A stretch of DNA of 64,000 nucleotides from the human T2T-CHM13v2.0 reference genome, Homo sapiens: assembly GCF_009914755.1 (NCBI RefSeq), contig NC_060937.1; one strand, given 5' to 3'. Position 1 is the stretch's first letter. Every line of letters begins with the position of its first letter. The notes beneath the pieces were generated by a model. It saw nothing but the letters and a program-made list of their open reading frames with translations, had not been told where the DNA came from and did not search any database. Shown here piece after piece: positions 13,451 to 26,571 of this stretch. The translations under genes and the position numbers were made by a program.

Positions 13451-16400
13451 ATAGTGTCCTGTTGGTGGGTGGACAGTGTGAGAAAAGTTGCAGACTAAGC
13501 CCATGTGGGAGATGGTTGACTCTGCAAAGCAGCCAGCTCTGTGAGGAAAGGCAGTGTTAAATTTCTTTATCAGAATTAAGCCTGTGCCTTCACCATAAAA
13601 TTAGATTGCATTTTATAACAGTTCTTTTGAAAGAAAAGTTTCCTAGAAAAACACATTCCCTGTTAGAGACCTTGACATTAATTTTTCCCTAAGTTAATGC
13701 TGAACACAAAAACAAGCATTACTTTAATTGAAAATTGTGATTAAAACTAAGAGGATAACAGATCAATAATCCTGTATGCAAAGCCTTTTTAAACTTTTCC
13801 TGTTCTCAGTTAAATCTTTTTGTTTTAATTTTTAGTGTAATAGGTATTACAGTTGTTTGCAACTAATCGTTGATTTGATTGTCTCTGTTTCTCCTAAACT
13901 GTGAGCTCCTTGAGAAAAATGACAATTTCTTATTCTCCTTTTTGTATTTGCAGTGCCTGCTATTTTACAGATTCAATAAATAATTTTTGAGTAAATGAAT
14001 ATGGAAAGCAACTATAATGTTAGGAAAGGAACATAAAACTGAAAAATAAGCATTGTATTGGAGCTTGTAATATGGGGCTCTAAATAATGTATATAGGAGA
14101 CAATATTAGAACATTGTGCTTCTGTTCATGTGTTCTCAAAACTATTTAAGCAAGGTTTATGTTTATTATTTTAGTAAGCCTGTGGAAGTGTTTTGGCCTG
14201 ATATGCTTTTGGGAAGTGAAAATTTATGACATTCTGGTATCCCAAGAGCTATAGATATGATGTGCCAAGTGAACGTTTGTGTGAATGTATTTTAGGAAAA
14301 TTGCAAGGCAGAAATTATGATAACAGGTCTCTGGGGGCTGGCAGGGAGTTGTTTTTTCATTTTAAAATATCTTTTTAACAAGAAACTTTGTTAAACAAGC
14401 AGTTAGCTTTAGAAATAGAAATCTGTTTCTATATGGGATTATTTGAATAATACGATACTTTTATTCAGACAAATGTATGAATGATATGAATATTTTTCCA
14501 ACTGAGTGAGAAGGAAGTCAGTCGTCAGGACAGCTGAGATGCTCTAATAGATAAAGCTTAATGTAGAATTTTATTCACAGGACTGCAGGTTAGCATTTCC
14601 CCTTAATAGTTCATTGGTAGTCAGACGATGGGCTTCACTGATAATCAGGAAAGACTATATGTACATGAACATACCTTTGTATTTTTAAAATACTACTAAA
14701 ATCACTATTATATTTTTATTATCTCTTATAAAGGCCCACCAGCCAGAATTCTCTCTGGACTCAGAAAAATAATCTCTGGAGAATGTTTATGTGTGTGTAT
14801 TTTTTTAAGTTCAGTATGTTAAAATGGAAAGAATATAGGACTTAAGACAAAAACCTGAATCTTAATCGAAACCTTGGGTAAGAGATTATTAGATTTTTGA
14901 TTTTGTACAGTTATTTCTTAACCTCCCTTAACCTAAGTTTCTATGTCTGAAAGAAGGAAGGGGAAAATATCTATGTCATGGGGTTTTTGAGATAACTAAA
15001 TTATTTACGTAAGTTGCTGAACACACTGCATGGCATACATTAAAGACTGTTGCCCCTCCCTAGTCCTCCCCTTTTATTAGACAAAGAAATCTATGTCACT
15101 CATCTTATTTCTATTTTTGCTCTGTCATCTAGGAAGCTTAGAGCTATTTTGTGCTTAATTGCAATAGCTTTCCTCAGATGTATGATTTACTTTCTCAGCC
15201 TTTCCCTTTATTTCTTACTATTTTAGTTTTTAATAGTTTTAATTTATTTTTATTGCATTGTAAACTACTTTAACTCAGGTTTTGAAATTGGTAGCATAAA
15301 AATATAAAACTTTATCTTGCATAAATGGTTTTATATTGCATGTAAAAGTATATTACAGAAGCGTATGTGGCACATTTTCTTTCATTACCTAATAAAAGGT
15401 TAGGGGAAAACAGGGGAGCATCACATCTCCTTTCTTCTTTCTTCCTGTCTCATTTGTACATAGTAGCAGCTATCCAAAAGGAAATATTGCCAGTGACATG
15501 CAGGAGCCTGACTGAGATAAGCTATAACAACTTTATTTCAGTCACACATATTGGACTGGAAATAAAAATTTGGGGGTAAGGCACAGTATGGCTTATCCAT
15601 TTCTTGTGATTATGATCATGCTGTAAGGGAAATAGTATGAGGAAAAATTTAGAAATAATCTTTGGTTTAAGTATTTTAAAAGTTGGGTTTGGAGATGGTA
15701 TGGATTTTTTTAAATGAAAATTTTGTCTGATCAAATTTTCCCCACCAATGAAAAAGAGCTTTTTTTTGCGTAACATTTTTTCCCCACCAATACAAAAGAG
15801 CTTTTTTTTTTCTTCCTTTTTTTTTGTGGGCACGCTTCATTTAAAGTGGCTATTGCTGTTTATTTCCTGATTTAACTACATTTATCAACCAGGTAGACTT
15901 TTTCTATATTCTTATTCATTCTACCTGGAATTCCATTTCCCAAAATTAATTTGTTGAAAACTCATTTGTCCTTTGAGGTTCCCTGTTGTTTATGCCCATC
16001 ATATATTTCAAAATATTTTACAAAACTTAAGAATTTTAGGCTATCATGTATGTGTATGTTTGTGTCACACATGCATGTACATGTTCCTTGAGAATGTATA
16101 TATGTATGTACCTATATATGTTTCAAAGAAAGTCTTGCTTACTTTAAAAAATACTTCAGCTTATAGGAAATTTATTTCACCTTTGTACTTTACAGTTTTA
16201 TTATATATTTTCCATGTTCAGCCAGGAACCTTTACTCAGTCACCAGAAAAAAAAATAATTAGTTCCTTCTTTGTACTCCCACAACACATTATTCTTCTAG
16301 CACTTATTTTCTGCCCTATGATTTCTCAACAGTGCTGGACGTTATGGTCTTTGACTATTTTAACTGGATAGCAAAGGCAGTGTATTAATGCTCTTTGTAC

Positions 16401-16664
16401 CCACTCCTTTCTACACAGAAAACTTTTCAACTGAATATGTCTACATGGTTACTTTAACATTTTAAATAGTTACAGCTGACATTGCCTGTTAATATTTGAG
16501 ACTCTTACTTTATAAGAGTAATAGCAAGTGTGCATATATACTTAACTAAATGTTATTAAGGAGTGGAAAGTATCAAGCTGGAAGAATGTATTAGATGCCT
16601 TTTAAGCTGTATTTTGTACAGTTATAATAATACATGTAATTGTAATTCAAAAGGTAGATCCTTT

Positions 16665-17660
16665 TTTGTTTATTATAAAAACATCTTTGTTGAGATATAA
16701 TTCACATATCATAAAATTAAAGTATATAGTTTATTGGTTTTAGTATATTCAGAGTTGTGCAATCATCATTATGATCTGAATTACAACATTTTCACCATCC
16801 CAGAAAGAAAACTCCTGACCATTAGTAGTTATCCAGCCTTAGTGAACCATTAACCTACTTTCTGCCTCTCTAAATTTGCCTATTCTGAATCTTTCATGCA
16901 AATAAGATCATACAGTATGTGGCCCTTTTTGACTAGCTTTTTCCACATAGATAAACACTTTTAAGATTCATCCATGTTACTTTAACCTTTTTTATGGCTG
17001 AATAGTATTCCATTGTATAGCAACACCACATTTTGTTCACCCGCTCACTAGTTGATAGACATTTGGGTTATTTCCACTATTTGACTATTGCAAATAATGC
17101 TGGCTGTAAATATTTGTTTACAAGTTTTTGTGTGGGCATGTTTTATTCCTCTTAGGTATATATTTAGGGGTAGAATTGCTGAATCATATATGATAACTCT
17201 TTAAGTGTTTGAGGAACTGCCACACTGTTTTCCGAAGAAGCTGCACAGTTTTACATTTCCAAAAGCAGCATATGAGGATTCCAGTTTCTGTACATCTTTG
17301 TTTTTAATCTGTCATTTTGATGATAGCCATGCTACTGGGTGTGAAGTACTACTCATTGTGGTTTAGATTTGCATTTTCCTAATGACTAATGATGTCAAGC
17401 ATCTTTTTTTTGCTTATTGGTATTTGCATATTTTCTTTGGAGAAATGTCTATTTACGTCCTTTACCCATTTTTTAATTTAGGTTATTTGTGTTTTTATTT
17501 ATTGGTTGTAAAAGTTCTTTATATGTTCTGGATATAGGTTTGTTAACAGATACATTATTTGCAGCCATTTTCTCCCATTTTTTGGGTTATCTTCACATTC
17601 GTGATATCATTTATAGCACATTTTAAATTTTGATGTAGCTCGTTTTATCTTTTTTGTCAT
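16665..17660 (-). mobile_element. L1MB-type LINE fragment
   Basis: Antisense L1 3' UTR/ORF2 end (gagatataattcacatatcataaa...tttgaggaactgccacactgttttcc...ggagaaatgtctatt). Confidence 0.85.
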
Positions 17661-18443
17661 TTGTATGTGCTTTATTTTTCAATATATTTTTGTATTGAAG
17701 TTATTTTATCTATTTGCTTTAAAATACTAAGATAAAAATTTAGAAATTTATCAGGTTTTGAAATCATGGCATGGTACTGGAAATGCTGACAAGAAAACAA
17801 CCTCATTACAGGATTTTATCTCTATTGAGTTTTAACCAGTCTTTCAAAAACATTTAACTTTCAGTTTGATACTTTATAAAAACTTAAAATGAAAAGTTTC
17901 TTCTTTTTTTCTATTTTAGAACCAAAAAAAATTATAGAAATACTTTTTCTTAAGGATTGTAAATGATAAGCAGATTCTTTAAGATCCTGTCAAACAGGTT
18001 ATTTCACTTATCTTTCCATCATATGAATTAGGTAAAAGGAATCTTTTAAGTGTAAAAAACTGCCTTTTCTTTCTTAAATTTTTTTGACATAATGTTAATA
18101 TAAATCTATTGTATAAAATTTAAGGAAAACTAAAATCATATATAACTCTACCACTCAGATAGAACCACAATTAATATTTTGGTATATTTCCTTCCAGAGT
18201 GAGTATGTGTGTGTATTGTTAATATTTTACTTTTTTCCCTTAATATTTTATGTTCATTTTCCTATGATTTTTTATATCAAGAGGATCATTTTTGGAAGTG
18301 TCCTGAAATATAATGCCTAAATTTTTCTCAAAAAAGATTATCACAATTTCTACTTCCATTCTATTTTATTAAACCCTTATCAGCATTAGATATCATCTTT
18401 AAAAACTTTGCCAATGTAGATGAAAAATATTATCACACCATTT

Positions 18444-18638
18444 TATTTTTTATTTTTATTTTTAATTTTTTTTAAATTATACTTTAAGTTCTAGGGTACA
18501 TGTGTACAACGTGCAGGTTTGTTACATATGTATACACGTGCCATGTTGGTGTGCTGCACCCATTAACTCGTCATTTACATTAGGTATATCTCCAAATGCT
18601 ATCCCTCCCCCCTCCCCCTACCCCACGACAGGCCCCGG
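18444..18638 (-). mobile_element. Young primate L1 (L1PA) 3' end, 5'-truncated, with 13-bp TSD
   Basis: ttatactttaagttctagggtacatgtg...ccccacgacaggccccgg; TATCACACCATTT at 18431 and 18639. Confidence 0.93.
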
Positions 18639-18976
18639 TATCACACCATTTAATTTACATATCATCGAATAGTGATGAATCGACATGTTTCTCATTTTGT
18701 TTTGCCATTTATATTTCTTTACTTTTTTTGTTTTGGTTTATATCTTATGTCCATTTAAAAAATTATTTCGAAATTATTTGGTGTAGGTGAACCTAGAGGT
18801 AGAATTAAGATATGACAGAGATAAGTTTTCAAGAAAAAGAAAAGTACCACAGGATTCATAAATCATGTTCTGGGCTGATTTGAAGGAATCATGAAAATTA
18901 AGTAGTCCGTTTATTTTAAATACTTAGGCAGTATACGACTGGACATACTGAAAATTGATGTACATGTGTTTATATA

Positions 18977-19337
18977 CAGTAATTCCCAACCTTGTCTATG
19001 GTTTTGCTTTGTGTGGTTTCCATTACTTATGGTCAACTGCAGTCTGAAAGTAATAAATGGAGAATTTCAGAAATAAGCAATTTGTAAGCTTTAAATTATG
19101 TACCATTTTGAGTAGCATGATGAAATCTCAAGTGGTTGGCTCCCACTTTGGTGGGACATCAGTCATCCCTTTTTCTAATGTGTGATGCTATATACACCAC
19201 CACTCAGTAGTCACTTAGTAGCCGTCTCAGTTATCAGATTGAAAAACAGTACGTGTAGGATTTGGTAACGTCAGCAGTTTCAGGCATCCACTGGAGGGTC
19301 TTGGACTATATCCCCCGAGGATAAGGGGGGACCATTG
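18977..19337 (+). mobile_element. MER44A-like TcMar-Tigger MITE
   Basis: Ends cagtaattccc... and ...gataagggggga ccattg, flanked by TA; internal match to the recalled MER44A. Confidence 0.8.
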
Positions 19338-20314
19338 TAATTACTTCTTAAAAATAAGTGGGGATTCCTATACATACTTTCTCGCAACTTTTTATACCTA
19401 TAAAATGCCTTATGGATCATTTTGTTAGTACATATAGATCTACCTCAGTTTGATCTATTATGTATTTTTCCATAGTGTATATTTCACATATTATTATTTA
19501 TTTATATAATATACAGTGATTGCACAAACATAATCTTAAATACGCTAGAAGTTATAATTTATATGTTATGTTAATATTTATCTCCTATACTTTTTACTTA
19601 GACATTGAAAGCCCTCTAAAAGTTCCATATGTTGATGTAAAGTAAGGACAAGGTCTGTGTCATAAGTGCCTTTTATCACACTCGTCTCTGGCATAGGCCT
19701 TATACATTGTGAGTCTCCAATAATGTTATTTGAATGAGTGAATATTCCCAAACCAAATCACTGGACCATCTAACAATAACTTCCTGTCAGAATGGTTGTG
19801 AAAATTTACCTGGAAAGAATACATGTGGTAAAACTAGAGTAATATGATAATAAAAAATATATTAGAATTTATTGTCACTACTTTTAAAGTTACCATCTTG
19901 ATATATTAAACTCTTGTTTTAGTACTGTGCCCATTATAAAAATATTTTTGCACCATCTCTTTTGTAGCTATATATAGAGCCTGTGTTTCTGTCTTTATCT
20001 CATGATTGATTTTTAGATCCACATTATTTGGAATGAATTGTAATGATTAAGGGGTATGATCAAGGTGGGTAGCATTTGTTTTGGTTACAACAAAATGAAA
20101 CTATAAACTAAAGAGACAAATTTTCCTTTGTGCCTAATAAATTGATTCTAAAGATAGATCCAAAAAAGCTCCCAAAAACATTTTATTTCACATGGTTAAT
20201 TTGCATAGTCTCAAGGAATTTGATGAAATTTTATAATTACTTTAAATTCTTAATGATAATGACTGGAACTTTTAAAAATATAAAACAAAACCTGTTAAGG
20301 TAACTCTTTAAGCT

Positions 20315-20791
20315 TTTAAAAATTCATTTTTAATTTATAATTGACATATAATGATTATATATATTTATGGGGTACAATGTAATGTTTCAAGGTAATTACC
20401 ATATCTATCACTTTAAACATTTATCATTTCTTTGTGGTGACAATATTCAAACTCTTCGCTATCTTGAAATACCACTGCATTGTTATTTGCTGTAGTCACC
20501 CTAGTTTGTAATAGAACAGTAGAACTTACTCTTCCTAACTGTAACTTTGTACTCGTTGACCAATCTCTTCCTGTCCCCTTCTCCCCACTATCTTCCCCAA
20601 CCTCTGATAACCATGATCTCTCACCATACATAAAAATAAACTCTAAATGGATTAAAGAGTAAACTATACGACCCCAAGTTGTATAACTACCAGAAAAAAA
20701 ATAGGAGAATTGTTTCATGAAATTGGACTGGGCAAGAATTTTTTGAATAAGACCTCAAAAGCACAGGCAACAAAGCAAAAATAAGATAAAT
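20315..20791. mobile_element. L1MA-type insertion with 5' inversion
   Basis: About 20315-20615 is an antisense L1 3' end, and about 20616-20791 is sense-oriented ORF2-end sequence. Confidence 0.75.
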
Positions 20792-21868
20792 ATTAAGATA
20801 ACTTTTAGATATCAATAATAAGATGATTAAGAACATGACATTTAAATCTGTGTATATTCAATTAGGTGATTTATCATTTGAAATAAACAGATCTTTGCTG
20901 CCACCTGGAGGATTTTTGCTTGTAAATTTCTTTATTCAGTAGGAGCATTAGCATTCAACTTTGAATTTAAAACCTCCATCCCAAAGGTGCAAATAAAACA
21001 GAGGTGGCAGATGCATTGTACCATCTATACAAATAGTGTTTATGTTTATCTTTGTTCATTCTTATTTGAATTTTGTTTAATTGTGGAATATTACTATTCT
21101 CTGAATATTGCTAGTGAAATACTTTTATAACTTTATTTATATATTTTCAGTTCTGAGATACAGAAACCAGGAATGTTGAGTTTCTGTTCAAGTAGTTTGT
21201 GTTCCTAACTTGCCTGTGGGTATTGATTCTTCTCAGTCCCATAGGTCCTTGAGTGTGCCTTTTTCCGTCAGCTAGTTTAGATAGGTTGCACTCATATAAT
21301 TTAAAAGGTTGTTTTTATTACTATATTTTGTAGAAAAAGTGGGGAAGACCAAAGTGGATAAGTGACTAGCAATTTATGGAGAATTAATAAAGGAGTTCTT
21401 CTATAACATAAAATAAACTAATAAATTTGATTTTTGATATGTACGTCATGTGAAAACTTAAAAGGCTTAGGAATTGTTTTAGTGACTGAAAAGAAATTGG
21501 TTGAAAACAGGAACATATTTCTCTCTTATAAAAGCATCTAGCAAACTGCAAGGTGAACTATTTAAGTACTTGTAAGTGGCTGCAAATTTGTAATGCAGGG
21601 ACCATGCATGGACTTATTTGTTCTTTTGCGTAATGATCAACTCCATTTATTGTGTGCAAGTATCTGAAATAGAACAATATTAGCTAATTTTATCACCTAC
21701 ATGTCTGATAAAATTCTAATATTTGAGGCAGAAACAAGACTTTTGAAAATATTGAGAACTTTTCATACCTTTGTTTTAAAAATTTATTATGTCTGAGATA
21801 GAATTTGTTTTAAAGCTATGCAACTGTGTAAGATGCTTGATTTTTATTGCTTGTTTTGAAAATTACAG

Positions 21869-21980
21869 CCAAAAATTAGAGATAAGAGCTCAAGTTGCAG
21901 ATGCCTTCTTATCCAAGTTCCAACTGACTTCTGATGAAATGAGTCTTCTCCGAGGTACAAGAGAAGGACCCATTACTGAG
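21869..21980 (+). CDS. COG6: COG6 exon 5 (QKLEIRAQ...GPITE), 112 nt
   Basis: ttacag|CCA acceptor; GAG|gtatcc donor; phase 2/0. Confidence 0.97.
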
Positions 21981-22470
21981 GTATCCTGGCTTTCTGTTAT
22001 AATCATTTAAAGTTTAGTAGTTACAGATATTAGAGAGAAATTGCTTTTTTGAAGCTTTATTTTCCCATTAAAAAAAGTTTCATCTGAGAATATTTTTATG
22101 TTTGGAAATTTAAGATGTGTATTTTAATTATATTTTTCAAAGTAATACATGTACTTTTTAAAAAGAGTCAAAGTTATAAAAAGAAAATCTATGTCACCTA
22201 TTTTACTCTTCCTCACCTCTAGGTCTTTTGTCAACCATTTTCAATGTTATTAATTGCTTCTTTTGTAAATTCTATATTCTAGATCTATAGTTAAAAAGAA
22301 TATGCTTTGATTATCTATGTTAACTATTTTCTATTGATTCTCTATTGTGAAATGTGAGGATTTAGCCTTCTACCCACTCTGTCTCCTCCCCCAACACAGA
22401 TAGTACACACATATGTTCTCTTTATCTCCTTCATACATCATAGTACAGTTAGACCACATTTTCTATTTTC

Positions 22471-22772
22471 TTTTCCTTTTTTTTTGAGACAGGGTCTCGC
22501 TCTGTCAACCTGGCTGGAGTGCAGTAGCACGAACACAGCTCACTGCAGCCTCAACCTCCCAGGCTCAAGTGATCCTCTCATCTCAGCCTCCCAGGTAGCT
22601 AGGGTATCCAGGCATGCACCACCACTCCTGGCTGATTTTTTAATTTTAATTTTTAGTAGAGATAGGATCTCACTGTGTTGCCCAGGCTGGTCTTAAACTC
22701 CTGAGCTCAAGCGATGTGCCTACCTCGGCCTCCCAAAGTGCTGGGACTATAGGTCTGAGCCATAGTACCTAC
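22471..22772 (-). mobile_element. Alu (AluJ-type), antisense
   Basis: gagacagggtctcgctctgtc...cagctcactgcagcctcaacctcc, J-type features. Confidence 0.93.
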
Positions 22773-23938
22773 CCACACATTTTTCATTTTCATTACAGTG
22801 ACATTACAGTGATTGCATGTTCTTTCTTTTATAACTTTGTGTCTTTCCTTGGGTTAGAAATCATTTGTTTTTTCATCTAATTAATTTTTTAAGCTATTCC
22901 ATTTTTTCCAAACTGGCTGACAGAATTATATAACCTCTCAAAATGTTAAATAACAAGAAAAAGTTTCGTTTCTTTTTTTTTCCTTGACGACATTCAGTTT
23001 TTCCAGAAAGGAATCTTTTGGTCTTCTCGCTGGGAAGAACTGTAAACTTAAGCCTATCGTCATCATTGTGGGATCAGAGGGCAAGAAGGGTTCTTGAGGT
23101 GGGGAAGGGTTCTCACTGAGTGTCTCTGAGTAGGTATCACTTTTACTGGCTTGGCTAAAATGGAACCAGTCATTTGGGTGTAGAGAGGTAAATAGGTGAG
23201 AGAATTAATAGAGATATTATGTATTAGTATGTACTGCCCTCATGTTTTGAGGAACTTTGCACATATGAAATATTTGACATATCATTTTTTCTCCCCTTGG
23301 TAGAAATTAGAAAATGAGGGTTATTATTATTATTATTATTTTAAGTTTTATTCATCAAAGAAAAATAACACATCCGTTATTTTTCGTGGGTGGAACACTA
23401 TTTGTGGCACTCTGAAACCTAAGCCTCCAGTACATTTAAATATCAATCAACAGTTTGGCATCTGTCACCTCCTATATATTTAACTTTGCATTCTACTCTT
23501 GGACGAGGGAGCAATAATGAGTATACAACAGATACATAAAACATCATCTTCAGCAATAAGAATGCCAGGCTTAAGTAATAAGGTGTGTAATACACAATAC
23601 TTTTTTTCATGTAGTAATTTTTAGTTTTGCATTTCTCACTAGACTACGTACACTTCTTGAGGACAGGGATTTTTGTCTTTATAAATTTTATTTTCCTGGC
23701 AACTGTCAACACTATTTGGCACATAGTAGAAACTGAATTAATATATTAATATGTCTTAAAATGTGAATAAATACCAGTTACACCGTCTATGAAAACTTAG
23801 AGAAAGTTGAGATCAGTATAGGAAGGCTTCCCTAAAATAGGTGAAAGAGTTTGTTTGCCCTTGGTAGTGACCTTTCAGTTTTAAATAATGCAATTTTGCC
23901 TGAAGCATGGACATAAAGTCACATTCTTAATTTTAAAG

Positions 23939-24021
23939 GATTTTTTCAAGGCACTGGGAAGAGTAAAACAGATTCATAATGATGTCAAAGTTCTCTTGCG
24001 TACAAATCAACAAACGGCAGG
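23939..24021 (+). CDS. COG6: COG6 exon 6 (DFFKALG...QQTA+G), 83 nt
   Basis: ttaaag|GAT acceptor; AGG|gtgagt donor; phase 0/2. Confidence 0.96.
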
Positions 24022-24375
24022 GTGAGTAACTGCTCACTGAACTAATTGCATTGCTGCTTATGTTTCCAAAATTTTAAAGATATTCTAGATTGTTTGTGAA
24101 CTATATAGCATTTTGTGAAATAGAAGTTTAATCTTTATTTATCTTTAGAGAATGGTGAAGTTATACTCTGACAGGTTTAGGCTAAAACAGCAGTTGATAA
24201 ATAAGTGATGGTTAAAATGTGACATTTATTTAATTGTAGAAAATTATTGAAAAATCATCCCATAAAATGATAAAAAGTTAATATGCTGTAATATGTAATA
24301 TGCAAACAAAATAATTAGGTGCTTAGATGTATCTGTTGACTAAAGTTTAAATTATAATCATTAATTTTTTTTTAG

Positions 24376-24446
24376 TTTAGAAATTATGGAACAGATGGCC
24401 TTACTTCAAGAAACGGCTTATGAAAGACTTTACCGATGGGCTCAAA
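24376..24446 (+). CDS. COG6: COG6 exon 7 (LEIMEQ...RWAQ+S), 71 nt
   Basis: tttag|TTT acceptor; AAA|gtaagt donor; phase 2/1. Confidence 0.96.
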
Positions 24447-24482
24447 GTAAGTGATTTCTTTTATGTTGTCTAGATTCATGAA

Positions 24483-24656
24483 CATTTGTAGTTGTTTTTT
24501 AAAATTTTACTTGGTCTTTATTTGATATATTTTGATTTTAGTAATCAAACATTTTTTAAAAATAAAAATAGTATTTGTATTTGGTTTTTAAATTTTTACT
24601 TGGTCTTTGATGCATTTTGATTTAGTAATCAAAAATATTTTAAAAAAGAAAAATAA
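24483..24656. repeat. Imperfect tandem duplication, about 89-bp unit x2
   Basis: ttttacttggtcttt...tttgattt(t)agtaatcaaa...aaaata occurs twice, about 89 bp apart. Confidence 0.8.
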
Positions 24657-24834
24657 ACTTCACATTTGAGCACACTGTTTTTTGTGTTTGTATCATGAGC
24701 ACCAGCTATCAGCCAAGCAGTATGCTTGATTAAGTGTGAGAATAAAACAATGAAGACAGTTTCTGCCCTAGATTATTTTAAAGCAGATTAGGTATCTCTT
24801 GTTGTTTACATAACTGTAAAGTTGTAAGTGGTAA

Positions 24835-25427
24835 ACTGATTTTCTGCTGTTGCTATAACAAATTATTACAAACTGAGTGGCTTAAAACAACACATATTTG
24901 TTGCCTTACACTTCTGTAGGTCAGAAATCAGATGTGGTTCTCACTATGCTAAAATCTAAATGTTGGTAGACCTGCATTTGTTTCTGTAGGCTTTAAGGGA
25001 TAATGTTTCCTTGCTCATTCAGTTAGTTGGCAGAATTCAGTTCCTTGTGTTTGCAGCACTGAGGTCTGTGTTTCCTTGCTGGCTGTCACTGAGGGTTTTT
25101 CCCAGTTTCTAGAGGCTTCCTGCATTCTTCGGCTTGCGGCCCCTTCCTCCATCTTCCAAGCCAGCAATGTCAGGTCATTTTCTCATGTTGATTCTACCCT
25201 GCCTCATCTTCTATCTCATATCTCTAACTTTTCTGCCAGCCACTTCCATTGTGAGGCCTGTGTGATTACCTTGGACCCACTTGGGTAATCTGAGAAAATC
25301 TCTCCATTTTGAGGTCTACTGCCTTAATTTCATTTACAAAGTCCCTTTTGCCATGTAAGGTAACATATTCACAGATTCCAGGGATTAGGATGCAGACATC
25401 TTTGGAGGGCCATTATTTTGCCTACCA
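24835..25427. mobile_element. MLT1-type MaLR solo LTR
   Basis: tgctataacaaattattacaaactgagtggcttaaaacaacac...ggattaggatgcagacatctttggagggccattattttgcctacca. Confidence 0.85.
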
Positions 25428-26571
25428 GGAATGCTTTATTTGCTTTAGTTTTGTTTGAAAATGTTTCAATAGATTTTTTGCAGAATAGCCTGTTAAAACC
25501 AGAGAAGATATTTAAAACAAGCAAGCATGGAACAGGAGCACATATTTTAATAGGTGTTACCAACTGACTGTTGGAAGGGGTTGGAATTAAATTTGGTTAA
25601 CCAGCTACTCCTGTACTATGCTGCGCAAATGGAATTCTCTGATCTGGTTGGTTAAGTCTTTATCTCTAAAACCTGTTTGTTTTTCTACCTCTCTCCTTCT
25701 TTACATTGTTTGCTTCCATCTGGAGTGTTGTCTGCCTTTCTCTCATTGCATCTCATTGTATTTTTTTCATGTATGTCTTATCTCACTAGTTTTCTACTTC
25801 CTCAAAGGCATGGACATTGACTCAAATTTTTTTGTGCTCCCGCAACATCTTACACAGTGGTTCCCAACTGTGGGCTCTGTCTTGTGGAGACTATGAAGTC
25901 ATTTTAAGGTGTCTTCAATTCTCTATGCATATTTTGTTTTCAGTCAGTGCATGCTAGAAAGTATACTGCTAGTGTGAAGTCCTTGTGTACCAAAGGTTGG
26001 GAATTTCTGAGAAGTTCTAAATTCTTTGAATATACTAGGCACTTGTGAGCATTTTATAGATAAAATTAGAATAATAAAGAAAAGTTGGTGTAGAAATTTT
26101 TAAGAGTTTAAAATTCAAACTCTTTTGAAATTATATCACTATATATTAGTTAACCACATTAACAATTTTAGCAAACTGTTTAAAGATTGCTTCCCAGCGA
26201 AGGAACTGATAATATCTTTTTAGTACTCCTCCCTGCCTCCCTAATACTGTCATGTATATGGCAGTTATTAGGAAATACTTGTTCACTGGTTGGTTTCTTC
26301 AGGACTCTATAGTGTTTTATAATAATAAAATACAGCTTTGGGGCATACCTGATAGCATATGTGGTCATTTAAAGTTATATAACTACTTAAGCTTAACTTT
26401 TTAGTTTGGTTGACAGCATAAATTCATTTTTGATTGGTGTATTCTCTAGGTTTTTCTGAGGATTTTTTTTTATGGGGTGTTTGCCATAGAATTTAGACTC
26501 CTGGAATGCAACAGATATAATAAACATCTAAGCTGAATTTAACAAAAGTTATAATGTTAATTATTTTTCAG

